DNA of 18,136 nucleotides from an uncultured archaeon. GTDB lineage: Archaea > Asgardarchaeota > Jordiarchaeia > Jordiarchaeales > Jordiarchaeaceae. The notes under the pieces are model-generated. The model had not been told where the DNA came from and made no database searches. It saw only the letters and a program-made list of their open reading frames with translations. The DNA is taken from NCBI GenBank assembly GCA_964510585.1, contig CAZECW010000161.1, forward strand, positions 1 through 18,136, in the 5' to 3' direction. Below are positions 8,749-18,040 of the stretch, in pieces; position 1 is the first letter of the stretch; every line of letters begins with the position of its first letter. Both the position numbers and the translations under genes were made by a program.

Positions 8749-9489
8749 ATGGCTACACAAAAGATATCGTGTGACCACTGTGGTGGACCGCTTAAATATT
8801 CTTCGGGTGAAATTGTTGTCACCTGTACTTATTGCGGATACACAGTTGTTATAGATGTGGGTAAACCCTTCACCTTGGAACATGCGCTTCTTCCTAGCAA
8901 TTTTGATAGTAAAAAAGCGGTAAACATTGTCAAAAATTGGATGATCGCCAGCTTCATAGCCCCTGGAGATTTAGCGTGGCGAGCGAAGTTCACTGATGTT
9001 CAATTGTACTTTTTACCCTTCTGGATCTTACCTGTAACCGCTACCTCCACCTACAGAGGGCTATTTGAACGTATGGGCCCCCGTGTAGAGAAAAAAGGCA
9101 CAATAAATAAACGTTATAATTGGGTAATATTTGCACAACGGAAAACAGAGTTTCCAACCAGGGAATTTGACATTCCTCTAGAGGGAAAAATGCCGTATGA
9201 TTTTCGAAAAATTCCTGAAGGAGCTAAAGTGTTGAATAGCGAAATTGGAGAAGACGAGGTTATCGAGATAGCTAAACAGCAAATAAGACATGACCACGAG
9301 TTTCTAGCAAAACAAGAAGCGGACAGACTCATTGAGATAGAAACAGAGTTTAAGATAGGTAAACCCTATTATCTTCACGCCCCCATATGGATAATAAATT
9401 ATAAGTACAAGGGTAAAAACTACCAAGTATTACTAGATGGCTCCAGAGGAGAAGTGATTAAGGGAGACCTCCCCACAAAATTGTTTTAA
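8749..9489 (+). CDS. Double zinc-ribbon domain protein (uncharacterised family)
   Basis: N-terminal CDHC...CTYC; C-terminal PIW...YKYKGKNY...LDGSRGEV..GDLP; GTGGTGG SD. Confidence 0.82.
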   Translation: MATQKISCDHCGGPLKYSSGEIVVTCTYCGYTVVIDVGKPFTLEHALLPSNFDSKKAVNIVKNWMIASFIAPGDLAWRAKFTDVQLYFLPFWILPVTATSTYRGLFERMGPRVEKKGTINKRYNWVIFAQRKTEFPTREFDIPLEGKMPYDFRKIPEGAKVLNSEIGEDEVIEIAKQQIRHDHEFLAKQEADRLIEIETEFKIGKPYYLHAPIWIINYKYKGKNYQVLLDGSRGEVIKGDLPTKLF

Positions 9490-9650
9490 AAATAGTGATA
9501 CTCTATGCGAGTCAAGGGCTTACCCCGCCAACGATTTTGGATGTAGAAAACAATTTTCTGCCTGCCAAAATTTTAGTTTCGTCTGAAAAGCGTATTCCAT
9601 AGGATTTTATTCATTTCCCCTTTTTAAGGGATTTTCCAAAAGATGCGTCT

Positions 9651-9660
9651 AATTTAAATT
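9651..9660 (+). promoter_or_regulatory. Candidate TATA box for acd, implying a near-leaderless transcript
   Basis: AATTTAAATT, with TTTAAA ending 29 bp before ATG 9687. Confidence 0.4.
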
Positions 9661-9686
9661 TTGTAGAGTAATATGTTAGGAAAAGA

Positions 9687-11810
9687 ATGAATGGGAAGAC
9701 AGAAATGGCTGGACTTGATTTCCTCTTCGCTCCCTCATCGGTTGCCGTGATTGGAGCCTCAAGGTATGCGGGTAAGGTTGGTTACAGTGTTTTTAAGAAC
9801 ATTGTCACCAGCAATTTCCCAGGAAAAGTATATCCCATTAATCCCTCATCGGAAGAGATTCTGGGTCACAAAGCGTATAAGAGCATACTGGATGTTAATG
9901 ATAATATTGACCTAGCAATAGTAACTGTGCCCGCTGAGTTAGTGCTCCAAGTAGCAGAGGAATGCGGTCAAAAAAAGGTTAAGGGAATGATTGTGATTAG
10001 CGCGGGGTTTAAAGAATCTGGACACAGGGGGGCTGAGTTAGAGAGGGCTTTGGTGGAAAAAGCTAAGGAGTATAATTTTCGAATATTGGGGCCCAACTGT
10101 TTAGGTTTTATTGACACATTCACCCCTATTAATGCCTCTTTTGCCTCTAGGTCGCCCCTGAGAGGTGATATTGGTTTCGCTTCTCAGAGTGGTGCCATAT
10201 TGACAGGTGTTCTTGACTGGTCATTGGAGGAGGGTATTGGTTTTAGTAAATTCATAAGTTTGGGGAATAAAAGCGACTTGAATGAAGTGGATACTATTGA
10301 AGCATTAGCCAGCGATTTTCACACAAAGGTGATACTGCTCTACCTTGAAGGTGTAGAAAATGGTGTGAAATTTTTTGAGGTTGCCAAGAGGGCTTCACGT
10401 ATAAAACCCATTGTTGTTCTGAAATCAGGAGTTAGTTCAGCTGGTGCAAGAGCCGCTTCGTCTCATACAGGTGCGTTAGCAGGTAGCGATAAAGCTTACT
10501 CAACTGCGTTTAATCAGATAGGGATACTCAGAGCTCACAGTATAGAGGAGCTTTTTGATTATGGAATAACATTTTCCCTACAGAATATTCCTAAAACTAA
10601 TGCGGTGGCAATTATAACTAATGCAGGCGGACCGGGTATAATAGCAACGGATAAATGTGAGGAGGAAGGTCTACCGCTAGCTAGATTCGCGCCAGAAACT
10701 ATAGAAAAACTCAGATCCAACCTTCCGAAGGAGGCTTCAATATATAATCCAGTAGACATTTTGGGTGACGCGCAAGAAGACCGCTATAGATTCGCTTTGG
10801 AAACCGTTCTATCGGACTCCAACGTCGGCCACGTTTTGATTATACTTACTCCGCAAGCCATGACCAGACCTCAAAAAATTGCTGAGGTCATCGTTGAAGT
10901 TTCCAAAAGACACAGAGAAAAAGCGGTGGTAGCATCTTTCATAGGTGGCGAGAGTGTTCGGGAAGCATCCAAAACTTTGATGAATAATAATCTCCCATGC
11001 TTCAACTTTCCAGAGCGGGGAGTGAAAGCTATTGCAGGTTTAGTTAAATTTGCAGAATTTATAAAAAAGGAGCCAGATCAGGAAATACCTGTATTTCAGG
11101 TGGATAAAGATAAAGTTAATGAGATTTTCACAAATGTTTATAAAGATAATAGAGTGGTTTTACTAGGGGATGAGGCAGCCGCGGTCGCGAGGGCTTATGG
11201 GATACCTACTCCTGAAGTTAAACTTGCGAGAAGTTTGGAGGAGGCTTTGGAAATAGCTGATAGTATAGGATACCCTGTGGTTATGAAGGTGGCAAGTCCT
11301 CATATAGTTCACAAAACAGACATAGGCGGCGTTATTATGAACTTAGAAAACAGGGAGGAGGTATCCGATGCTTATTATACAATCCTCTCAAACGTTTTAA
11401 GATACTTTCCAAGCTCACAAATTTATGGAATTTTAGTGCAGCAAATGGTTCCCCAAGGAAAAGAAATAATTATAGGAATGACCCGAGATCTGACTTGGGG
11501 GCCGATGGTTGGAGTGGGACTTGGTGGAATTTATGTAAACTTGTTTGAGGATGTTTCTTTCAAGATATCTCCCTTTTCTAGGAAAGAGGCATTCGATATG
11601 TTGTCCAAAACTAAAGCTTATAGATTATTGAAGGGTATGCGTGGTGAAAAACCCTCTGATATAGACTCTATAATAGATGTGGTTTTGCGTGTTTCACAAC
11701 TATCACAGGACTTCAAGATGATAAACGAAATGGACATAAATCCTTTATTCGCTTATGAAAAGGGATGCTTAGCTCTAGATGTAAAGATTACGCTAGAAAA
11801 AGGAAAATAA
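9687..11810 (+). CDS. acd: ADP-forming acetate/acyl-CoA ligase, fused alpha+beta
   Basis: CoA-binding SVAVIGAS..GKVG, GPNCLG, SQSGA, SLGNK, SHTG (catalytic H260), NAGGPG, NPVD, and ATP-grasp beta domain HKTDIGGV...DINP. Confidence 0.95.
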   Translation: MNGKTEMAGLDFLFAPSSVAVIGASRYAGKVGYSVFKNIVTSNFPGKVYPINPSSEEILGHKAYKSILDVNDNIDLAIVTVPAELVLQVAEECGQKKVKGMIVISAGFKESGHRGAELERALVEKAKEYNFRILGPNCLGFIDTFTPINASFASRSPLRGDIGFASQSGAILTGVLDWSLEEGIGFSKFISLGNKSDLNEVDTIEALASDFHTKVILLYLEGVENGVKFFEVAKRASRIKPIVVLKSGVSSAGARAASSHTGALAGSDKAYSTAFNQIGILRAHSIEELFDYGITFSLQNIPKTNAVAIITNAGGPGIIATDKCEEEGLPLARFAPETIEKLRSNLPKEASIYNPVDILGDAQEDRYRFALETVLSDSNVGHVLIILTPQAMTRPQKIAEVIVEVSKRHREKAVVASFIGGESVREASKTLMNNNLPCFNFPERGVKAIAGLVKFAEFIKKEPDQEIPVFQVDKDKVNEIFTNVYKDNRVVLLGDEAAAVARAYGIPTPEVKLARSLEEALEIADSIGYPVVMKVASPHIVHKTDIGGVIMNLENREEVSDAYYTILSNVLRYFPSSQIYGILVQQMVPQGKEIIIGMTRDLTWGPMVGVGLGGIYVNLFEDVSFKISPFSRKEAFDMLSKTKAYRLLKGMRGEKPSDIDSIIDVVLRVSQLSQDFKMINEMDINPLFAYEKGCLALDVKITLEKGK

Positions 11811-11838
11811 AAACCAAAAATGGGTAAGGTTTTAAAAA

Positions 11839-12936
11839 ATGAGAGAACCGAAAAAATTGCTGGTTTCAGGTGTTAGAAACAGCGGTAAAACAGCGCTCTG
11901 CCTAGCACTAGCACTCATACTGCGAGAACAGGGACTAGAAGTGGGTTACTTTAAACCAATCGGATGGCAGACCTTTATAAAGGAACGCGCGCCGTCAGGA
12001 AAAAAACTAGGATATTTCAACGATGCAGACGCTGTCTTGATGAAGGAGGTGCTTAATCTCAAACACTCCCTAAGCGATATTGTTCCAGTATTAGCCACCT
12101 TTGATTACTTAACTTCGATGACCAAGGAAACTGACAAAGACCTTGAAAGAAAAATTGAGGAAGCCTACAAAAATGTTTCAGAGGGAATCGACATATTAAT
12201 AATTGAGGGGGGGCACATAATGCAGCTTCTTTACAGCCGAAAGCTATCAAACTTCCACCTGGCAAGAAAATTCAATACCCCCTACCTCATAACCAGCCAA
12301 ATTCGCAGCGACCTTACCGTAGACGACTTGATTTTCAGAAAAACTATACTTGACACTTTCAACATAAACTTCATAGGTGCAGTCCTAAACAATGTCCCAA
12401 GAATCTATCTGCAGAGAACAAAAGGCATAGTAAAATCAATTCTTGAAGAAAACGGTATAAAGGTATGGGGAATAATAGAAGAAAACAGAGAACTCACAGC
12501 TCCCTCAGTTGCCGACATTCAGGAACTTGTTGAGGGGGAACTAATTGAAGGCCCCGAAAACCTAGACGATATACCCGTGGAAGATATTCTAGTGGGCTCC
12601 ATGACTGCTGAAAGCGCTATCACGTATTTTAGACGGGGATTGAACAAAGCAGTAGTAATGGGGGGAGACAGGGAAGATTTAGCCCTAGCTGCTCTTGAAA
12701 CCAACACCTCAGTTTTAATTCTTACTGGTAATCTGTATCCCAGCGTGAGAGTTTTATCCGCAGCTAAAGAAAAAAAAGTTCCAGTGATTCTAGTGCCATA
12801 TGACACCTATACTACAATATGCAAACTGGAGGGATTAACCGGAAAACTGAAACCAAATAACACAGAACGAATTAAAAAACTAAAAGAAATAGTACAAAAA
12901 GAAGTTGATTGGAAAGGAATCTACAACAAACTCTAA
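11839..12936 (+). CDS. BioD-like/DRTGG domain protein (phosphotransacetylase N-terminal-like, no PTA catalytic domain)
   Basis: P-loop-like NSGKT, GYFKPIG, DA.LMK, IEGG, then DRTGG-like VMGGDRED...LILTG; ends at 365 aa. Confidence 0.88.
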   Translation: MREPKKLLVSGVRNSGKTALCLALALILREQGLEVGYFKPIGWQTFIKERAPSGKKLGYFNDADAVLMKEVLNLKHSLSDIVPVLATFDYLTSMTKETDKDLERKIEEAYKNVSEGIDILIIEGGHIMQLLYSRKLSNFHLARKFNTPYLITSQIRSDLTVDDLIFRKTILDTFNINFIGAVLNNVPRIYLQRTKGIVKSILEENGIKVWGIIEENRELTAPSVADIQELVEGELIEGPENLDDIPVEDILVGSMTAESAITYFRRGLNKAVVMGGDREDLALAALETNTSVLILTGNLYPSVRVLSAAKEKKVPVILVPYDTYTTICKLEGLTGKLKPNNTERIKKLKEIVQKEVDWKGIYNKL

Positions 12937-13083
12937 TCGCTATTTCTATTCAAATTCAACATTAAATTTCCCCTCCCCTACAGACTAAATAAATTACAAA
13001 ACCACCAAAATATTAACTGTTCTTACCCTCGAGCCCAGAACACCGTCAAGCTTTTCAAAAATAATTGACCAGGAGGATTATTC

Positions 13084-13806
13084 TTGAAGTATATGCTTGA
13101 GGAAATGACTTGGGTTGAAATCGAAGAAGCTTTAAAGGAAAAAAAACCTATCTTAGTACCCTTTGGCTCAGTTGAGGAACATGGCCCTCATCTACCCATA
13201 TCAACGGACAGCGACATCTGCTACGCAATTGTGAAAAAAGGAGCGGAAGGCACCGGTTTTCTCGTAGCCCCCATCGTAAATTATGGTCTATGCCGCTCCA
13301 CTCGAGAGTTTCCAGGAACCGTTTCCCTCCGATTCGATACCCTTAAGCAACTGGCGAAAGATATCATATTCGAATTGGCCAGCCAAGGATTCAAAAAGAT
13401 TGTATTCTTCAGTTTCCACGCTGGCTCCACACACCTCGTCACATTAAAAGAAGCGGCCTTCGAATTTTCACTGGAAAACAAAAACGTAAAAGTATATCTA
13501 GTTTCAAGTATGGACTTAGCAGTGGAAGATTTATTAAAAATACTGGAGACCGCACCCCAGCATGCATGTGAGTTAGAGACTTCACTTATGCTGTTCCTAA
13601 AACCTGAAAGTGTCCAGATGGAAAATGCTATAGAGGAATACTCCTCAGGCACACCTTTTCTCGTGAGACCCTCGGGAAGGGAATGGCTAAAAACGGGAGT
13701 TATGGGCGATCCTCGAAAAGCTTCTGCAGAGAAGGGAGAAAAAATATTTAATTTGATGACCAAAAGACTTAGAGAAATTCTAACAAATATACAGCAAGAA
13801 GAATAA
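13084..13806 (+). CDS. Creatininase/creatinine amidohydrolase family protein
   Basis: LEEMTW, GSVEEHGPHLP..TD, FPGTVSL, FHAG, HACELETS and GVMGDP..AS.EKG motifs; AGGAGG SD before the TTG start. Confidence 0.9.
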   Translation: MKYMLEEMTWVEIEEALKEKKPILVPFGSVEEHGPHLPISTDSDICYAIVKKGAEGTGFLVAPIVNYGLCRSTREFPGTVSLRFDTLKQLAKDIIFELASQGFKKIVFFSFHAGSTHLVTLKEAAFEFSLENKNVKVYLVSSMDLAVEDLLKILETAPQHACELETSLMLFLKPESVQMENAIEEYSSGTPFLVRPSGREWLKTGVMGDPRKASAEKGEKIFNLMTKRLREILTNIQQEE

Positions 13807-13813
13807 TGAAAGT

Positions 13814-14581
13814 TCACTTTTTTCTAGCCTCTTCTATTTGAGGCCTCATCTTGACAAAGAACTCCGGCGTACAAATCTCATACGGTATGGGATAACGCGA
13901 CCCTGCCTTATGCGTTCCCTCCAAGCCTTCTATTACTGAGTCAATAATCCCCAAAGGTATAGAAGCCACCAAGTCACCATCCATTGCTAGTCCGAAGCGG
14001 CGATCGCCAAGGCATGGCAAAGCGACTTGAAGCTTCCCAGTAAGGTATGCACTCGTGATGGTATCTGCGCAGACAGCATCCCCAAATGTGGAAATAGTTA
14101 ACCTGCCACCCTCCTTCCATAGGGCGCCCTGAATTATCCTCAACATCTGAGCTGAATTACCATAGATAATTATCAAATCGGGGTCATAATCAATCCTTTC
14201 CAGAGCACCCGAAACTATAGCAGAAATTTTTCCATGGGGCATTTTAGGTATCATCTCTGAAGTTTTCTTGGCTGCCTCTTGAGTTTCATGGTATCTTCCG
14301 ACGAAAAAGTATCCCTCCAAAAAAATGTCGTAAGGCTCAACGAAGCCCATAGCAATCTCAGCTAATGGGCAAACATTATCTTCTTCTGTTAGTCCCATTG
14401 TCCACCCATAATACCGGGAATAGGTGAATATTTGGCAGAGGGCTATTTTCTTTTCCGGCCTTTTTATTTTGCTTATCCTTTTTAGCTCCTCTTTATTCTC
14501 AAGTAGCTTTACTCCTATTGGAAACGTAGCTAGCCTAAGATACCTATTTAATTTTTCTTCCAGATCTTGCCACTTACCCAT
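13814..14581 (-). CDS. DUF169 family protein
   Basis: PIGVK, CQ....R..G, CP.A..AMG, PDLIIIYGNSAQ and PCLGDRR patterns; start placed at ATG 14581. Confidence 0.82.
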   Translation of the reverse strand: MGKWQDLEEKLNRYLRLATFPIGVKLLENKEELKRISKIKRPEKKIALCQIFTYSRYYGWTMGLTEEDNVCPLAEIAMGFVEPYDIFLEGYFFVGRYHETQEAAKKTSEMIPKMPHGKISAIVSGALERIDYDPDLIIIYGNSAQMLRIIQGALWKEGGRLTISTFGDAVCADTITSAYLTGKLQVALPCLGDRRFGLAMDGDLVASIPLGIIDSVIEGLEGTHKAGSRYPIPYEICTPEFFVKMRPQIEEARKK

Positions 14582-14900
14582 AGTACACACAACCTATCAA
14601 GCCATTTTAAGGAACTCATCCTTTAAACATTTAAGAAAATTTTTTACCTCAAGCGCTTATAAAAGCTAAATTTTAATTATCCATTATTTAAACAATACTA
14701 CATTGTCGTTTCAACCCATTTTCCGCAGATTTGGGAATCATTTATAGGGGCTACGTAGCTTCCTATCGCTACACTTCGTTTCCTTGAAAAAGGGTTTCCA
14801 TATCGGCTCAGTGAAATCGAAGTATCGCTTTAACAAAAGAAAGTACAATCATTCAAATAGCCCTAAAGAATCTGTAAAATATGGGTTTCCATCAAAAATC

Positions 14901-14913
14901 AAAAGTATAAATA
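14901..14913 (+). promoter_or_regulatory. Candidate BRE/TATA for the 111-aa gene
   Basis: AAAAG-TATAAATA about 35 bp before ATG 14948; AGGAG SD at 14935-14939. Confidence 0.45.
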
Positions 14914-14947
14914 AGGGGTATGCTACATAAAGATAGGAGATGGTTAA

Positions 14948-15283
14948 ATGTCAAAATTGGATCAGTGGATGCGATATTATAGAGAGCATGCAGAAGACGC
15001 ATTAAAAATTGAAGATTACGCTTCTGCGTCTGACTATTATTCCTTGGCTTCCTTCACCTCAATAATAGCCGACGATATACCTCAAGCAAAATACTTTGCA
15101 GACGAAGCGCTTGACGCTTGTAAGACGGGAAATTTAGAGGATGACCACTTGCGGCTTGCAAAGGTGGCTAAAGCACTTGCCTCGGGAAGAAGAGAGGAAG
15201 CTGAAAAGCTTTGGGAAAAGCTTGTAGACAAGCTACAGGAAGAGATAGTAAATCTTTACCGGGGTGCCCTAAGAAAAATATAG
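14948..15283 (+). CDS. Hypothetical small helical (TPR-like) protein
   Basis: SD and TATA upstream; Ala/Tyr/Leu helical-repeat pattern (A..YY..A, A...A..A, A..L..G....A). Confidence 0.68.
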   Translation: MSKLDQWMRYYREHAEDALKIEDYASASDYYSLASFTSIIADDIPQAKYFADEALDACKTGNLEDDHLRLAKVAKALASGRREEAEKLWEKLVDKLQEEIVNLYRGALRKI

Positions 15284-15288
15284 TTAAA

Positions 15289-15834
15289 TCATTTTGAAGA
15301 GTCAAGCATAAGATCCATTAACACTTCGTCTTTATATTCCCCCTCCATCTTAAACTGGCGCTTCCTTACACCAACCATCTGAAAATTGTGCTTTTTGTAA
15401 AGTTTTATCGCGACTAGGTTAGTACTAAAGGTGCTCAAACAAATTTTTTCAAACCCCTTATCCCGTGCTCTAATTATTGCTTCGGACATCAAAGCGTCTC
15501 CCACACCCTTTCCCCTGTGCTCAGCGATAATCATTATTCCCAGGTTACCCACATGCGCTGCCGCGTCCCAATCATCGCGTTCAACTAGGCAGTGCCCTAC
15601 TACCACTCCTTCAAGCTCAGCAACTAAAATAATGCTTCCTGCATTCTTATGGTGGGAGAACCAAGATAAGCGTTCAAAATCATTCTCTTCCGCAAAAAGC
15701 ACAGGAATCCATTTTTTCTCCCCAACCACAGAACTAAAGACTCTCCAAATGGCTGCTAAGTCCTTTATACCAGCATCGCGAATCTTGACAGTTGAACCAT
15801 CCTTAAGAGAATAAACCTTCGCCGTTCCATACAC
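15289..15834 (-). CDS. GNAT family N-acetyltransferase
   Basis: Acetyl-CoA motif A HRGKGVGDALM; N..AI.LYKK..F...G. Confidence 0.9.
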   Translation of the reverse strand: MYGTAKVYSLKDGSTVKIRDAGIKDLAAIWRVFSSVVGEKKWIPVLFAEENDFERLSWFSHHKNAGSIILVAELEGVVVGHCLVERDDWDAAAHVGNLGIMIIAEHRGKGVGDALMSEAIIRARDKGFEKICLSTFSTNLVAIKLYKKHNFQMVGVRKRQFKMEGEYKDEVLMDLMLDSSK

Positions 15835-15865
15835 CCGCCATTAAAATAAAAAGAGTTAAAAAAAG

Positions 15866-16186
15866 TTAATCTCCTTGAAGGAGGTATTTAACAGGAATAT
15901 CCTGAAACTGACCATTAGGCAGAGTTCGACGGATAACTAATGGTAAAACGCCCGACTCCAACTCGATGGTGGCTATAATTATTGGATCAGTTACTTTTTC
16001 AGGTAAATCAATCAATATCGGCGCTGCCATAATAATTTGCAAAGCTCTGGTACTGATTATCCTAGACTTTTCATACTTGGTGAGCTTTGGCGGTCCGATT
16101 TTGATTTCTATTTGTTCTATTCTGTTAGCCCCCAAGTGTTTAGTGAAATAAAAGGAAATGGAGTACAGTGTACACTGAATTACCAT
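15866..16186 (-). CDS. rpoK: DNA-directed RNA polymerase subunit Rpo6/K; true start may be downstream (for example TTG 16135)
   Basis: LTKYEKSRII.TRALQI.M.AP, DPI.IA..EL and PLVIRRTLP.G motifs. The first 17 codons of the ORF overlap a long inverted repeat. Confidence 0.92.
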   Translation of the reverse strand: MVIQCTLYSISFYFTKHLGANRIEQIEIKIGPPKLTKYEKSRIISTRALQIIMAAPILIDLPEKVTDPIIIATIELESGVLPLVIRRTLPNGQFQDIPVKYLLQGD

Positions 16187-16195
16187 TTACCTTTT
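16150..16195. repeat. Long imperfect inverted repeat between ths and rpoK
   Basis: AAAAGG-AAATGG-agta-CAGTGT|ACACTG-aatta-CCATTT-a-CCTTTT. Confidence 0.7.
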
Positions 16196-16229
16196 TAAGT
16201 CTTTTCCGTGTTCTAGGGGGCAAAAACTC

Positions 16230-17885
16230 TTAATCTTCGCCTACGGACTCGCTTTCTTCACCGCCTGATGGAGGAGCACCTGGACTGCTACCTAGGCTCT
16301 TGGTGGATGCCGCAATAACATCGTCTATTTTAAGAATCATTTGAGCTGCTTCACTGGCAGATTTAATGATTTGCCTCTTAACCGCCGCTGGCTCCCAGAT
16401 ATTTATCTTCGTCATGTCCTGAATCTTACCAGAATAAACATCGACGCCGTAGACGTAGTCTGTGGGCTTAACATGTTTCGCTCTCAACTCAACCAAGATA
16501 TCCAATTGATCTAAACCTGCATTCTCAGCAAGAGTTCTTGGAACCACTTCCAAGGCCTCGGCAAACTGTTTCACAGCCAATTGTTCACGTCCACCTAGAG
16601 TGTCTGCATACTCCTTCAACCTCTTGGAAATCTCAATCTCAGTAGCCCCGCCGCCGGGAACGACTTTGCCGTCTTCGATTACATCGCGAACTACACACAA
16701 AGCGTCATGAATTGCTCGCTCTGCCTCGTCAACTATGAGTTCGGTACCTCCCCGGATTAGTATGTTAACCGACTTGGGATTTTTACATCCCTCAATAAAT
16801 ACCATGTCGTCATCGCCAATCTTCTTTCCGTAAACCACTTGCGCTTCACCTAGATCCTCTGGAGTTAAGTCCTCGATGTTGGTGATTATTTCGCCGCCAG
16901 TGGCTCGGGCAAGCTTCTCCATATCTGACTTCTTGATACGTCTAACTGCGAGAATACCTGCCTTGGCGAGATAGTGCTGGGCAACATCGTCGATGCCTTT
17001 CTGTAGAAGTACTACATTAGCGCCTGATTTGATAACTTTGTCTGTCATGCTTTTAAGCATTCGTTCCTCCTGGTCAAGGAAAGCCTTCATTTGTTCCGGG
17101 TTTGTGATGTTTATCTTTGCGTCGAATTCCGTCTTCTCGATTTCTAAGGGAGCCGCCAGTAGCGCAATCTTCGCATTTTCAACCCTCTTGGGCATACCTG
17201 GATGAACTATCTCTTTATCGAGAATTATGCCGTTAACCAGAATGGTGTTCTCTAGACTTTCTCCTTCCTTCTTGTCCACCTTCACATTATCAATGTCCGC
17301 AGTCCACTTGCCGTTGACCTCTTCAGCAACCATCTTAACTGCTTTAACGGCAATGTCGGCTAGATACTCGCGAGAACCAGCTACCACCTTACTGCTCATT
17401 GATACTGTTGCAACATTTTTTAGCATTTTCTCGTCTTTGATTGATGTTTTTGTGGAAATCTCGTCAATAATTTCTAAAGCCTTTTCAGTAGCCTTGCGGT
17501 AACCCTCAATAATCACTGTGGGATGAATCTCTTGATCTAATAATATTTCCGCATTTTTGAGAAGTTCACCAGCAAGTACGACAGCTGTGGTGGTACCGTC
17601 TCCGACCTCATCGTCTTGGGTTTTTGCCACGTTTACCATCATCTTAGCTGCAGGATGCTGTACATCTATTTCCTTCAATATCGTGGCGCCATCATTTGTT
17701 ATAACCACATCGCCGAAGCTGTCTACGAGCATTTTGTCCATTCCTAGTGGCCCTAGTGATGTCCTGACCGCTTCCGCAATTACTTTCGCGGCCATAATAT
17801 TGGTTCTTTGTGCATCTCTTCCGACGGTTCTTTCTGAACCTTCCTTTAATATTAGTACAGGAGTTCCGCCTAATTGTGCTGACAT
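16230..17885 (-). CDS. ths: Thermosome (group II chaperonin) subunit
   Basis: [38 protein letters not shown] and ILKIDDVI motifs; GAGGAGG SD at 17893-17899. Confidence 0.97.
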   Translation of the reverse strand: MSAQLGGTPVLILKEGSERTVGRDAQRTNIMAAKVIAEAVRTSLGPLGMDKMLVDSFGDVVITNDGATILKEIDVQHPAAKMMVNVAKTQDDEVGDGTTTAVVLAGELLKNAEILLDQEIHPTVIIEGYRKATEKALEIIDEISTKTSIKDEKMLKNVATVSMSSKVVAGSREYLADIAVKAVKMVAEEVNGKWTADIDNVKVDKKEGESLENTILVNGIILDKEIVHPGMPKRVENAKIALLAAPLEIEKTEFDAKINITNPEQMKAFLDQEERMLKSMTDKVIKSGANVVLLQKGIDDVAQHYLAKAGILAVRRIKKSDMEKLARATGGEIITNIEDLTPEDLGEAQVVYGKKIGDDDMVFIEGCKNPKSVNILIRGGTELIVDEAERAIHDALCVVRDVIEDGKVVPGGGATEIEISKRLKEYADTLGGREQLAVKQFAEALEVVPRTLAENAGLDQLDILVELRAKHVKPTDYVYGVDVYSGKIQDMTKINIWEPAAVKRQIIKSASEAAQMILKIDDVIAASTKSLGSSPGAPPSGGEESESVGED

Positions 17886-17961
17886 GTTATTTCCTCCTCT
17901 GGTTTTACTTTTTGTATTAAAATTTTCTCATTTTCGTTGCGGGACAGTGTTATAGCACTTC

Positions 17962-17976
17962 TATATAAATTTTACG
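17962..17976 (-). promoter_or_regulatory. BRE/TATA promoter of the thermosome gene
   Basis: Minus strand CGTAAAA-TTTATATA about 77 bp upstream of the start. Confidence 0.6.
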
Positions 17977-18040
17977 AATTTTTTAGGTGGTACAACATTG
18001 ATTTCTATCTTTGGTTGGTCTAAGGTGGTGTGATAGGGTT

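Noticed and set aside
9687-15834. ACD + GNAT as a split Pat/PatZ-type protein acetyltransferase
   Set aside because: ACD retains both catalytic His motifs (SHTG, HKTD), and the GNAT is about 3.5 kb away on the opposite strand behind rpoK.
13281-17955. Alternate-strand ORFs over creatininase, DUF169, GNAT, rpoK and ths
   Set aside because: Shadows of well-supported genes.
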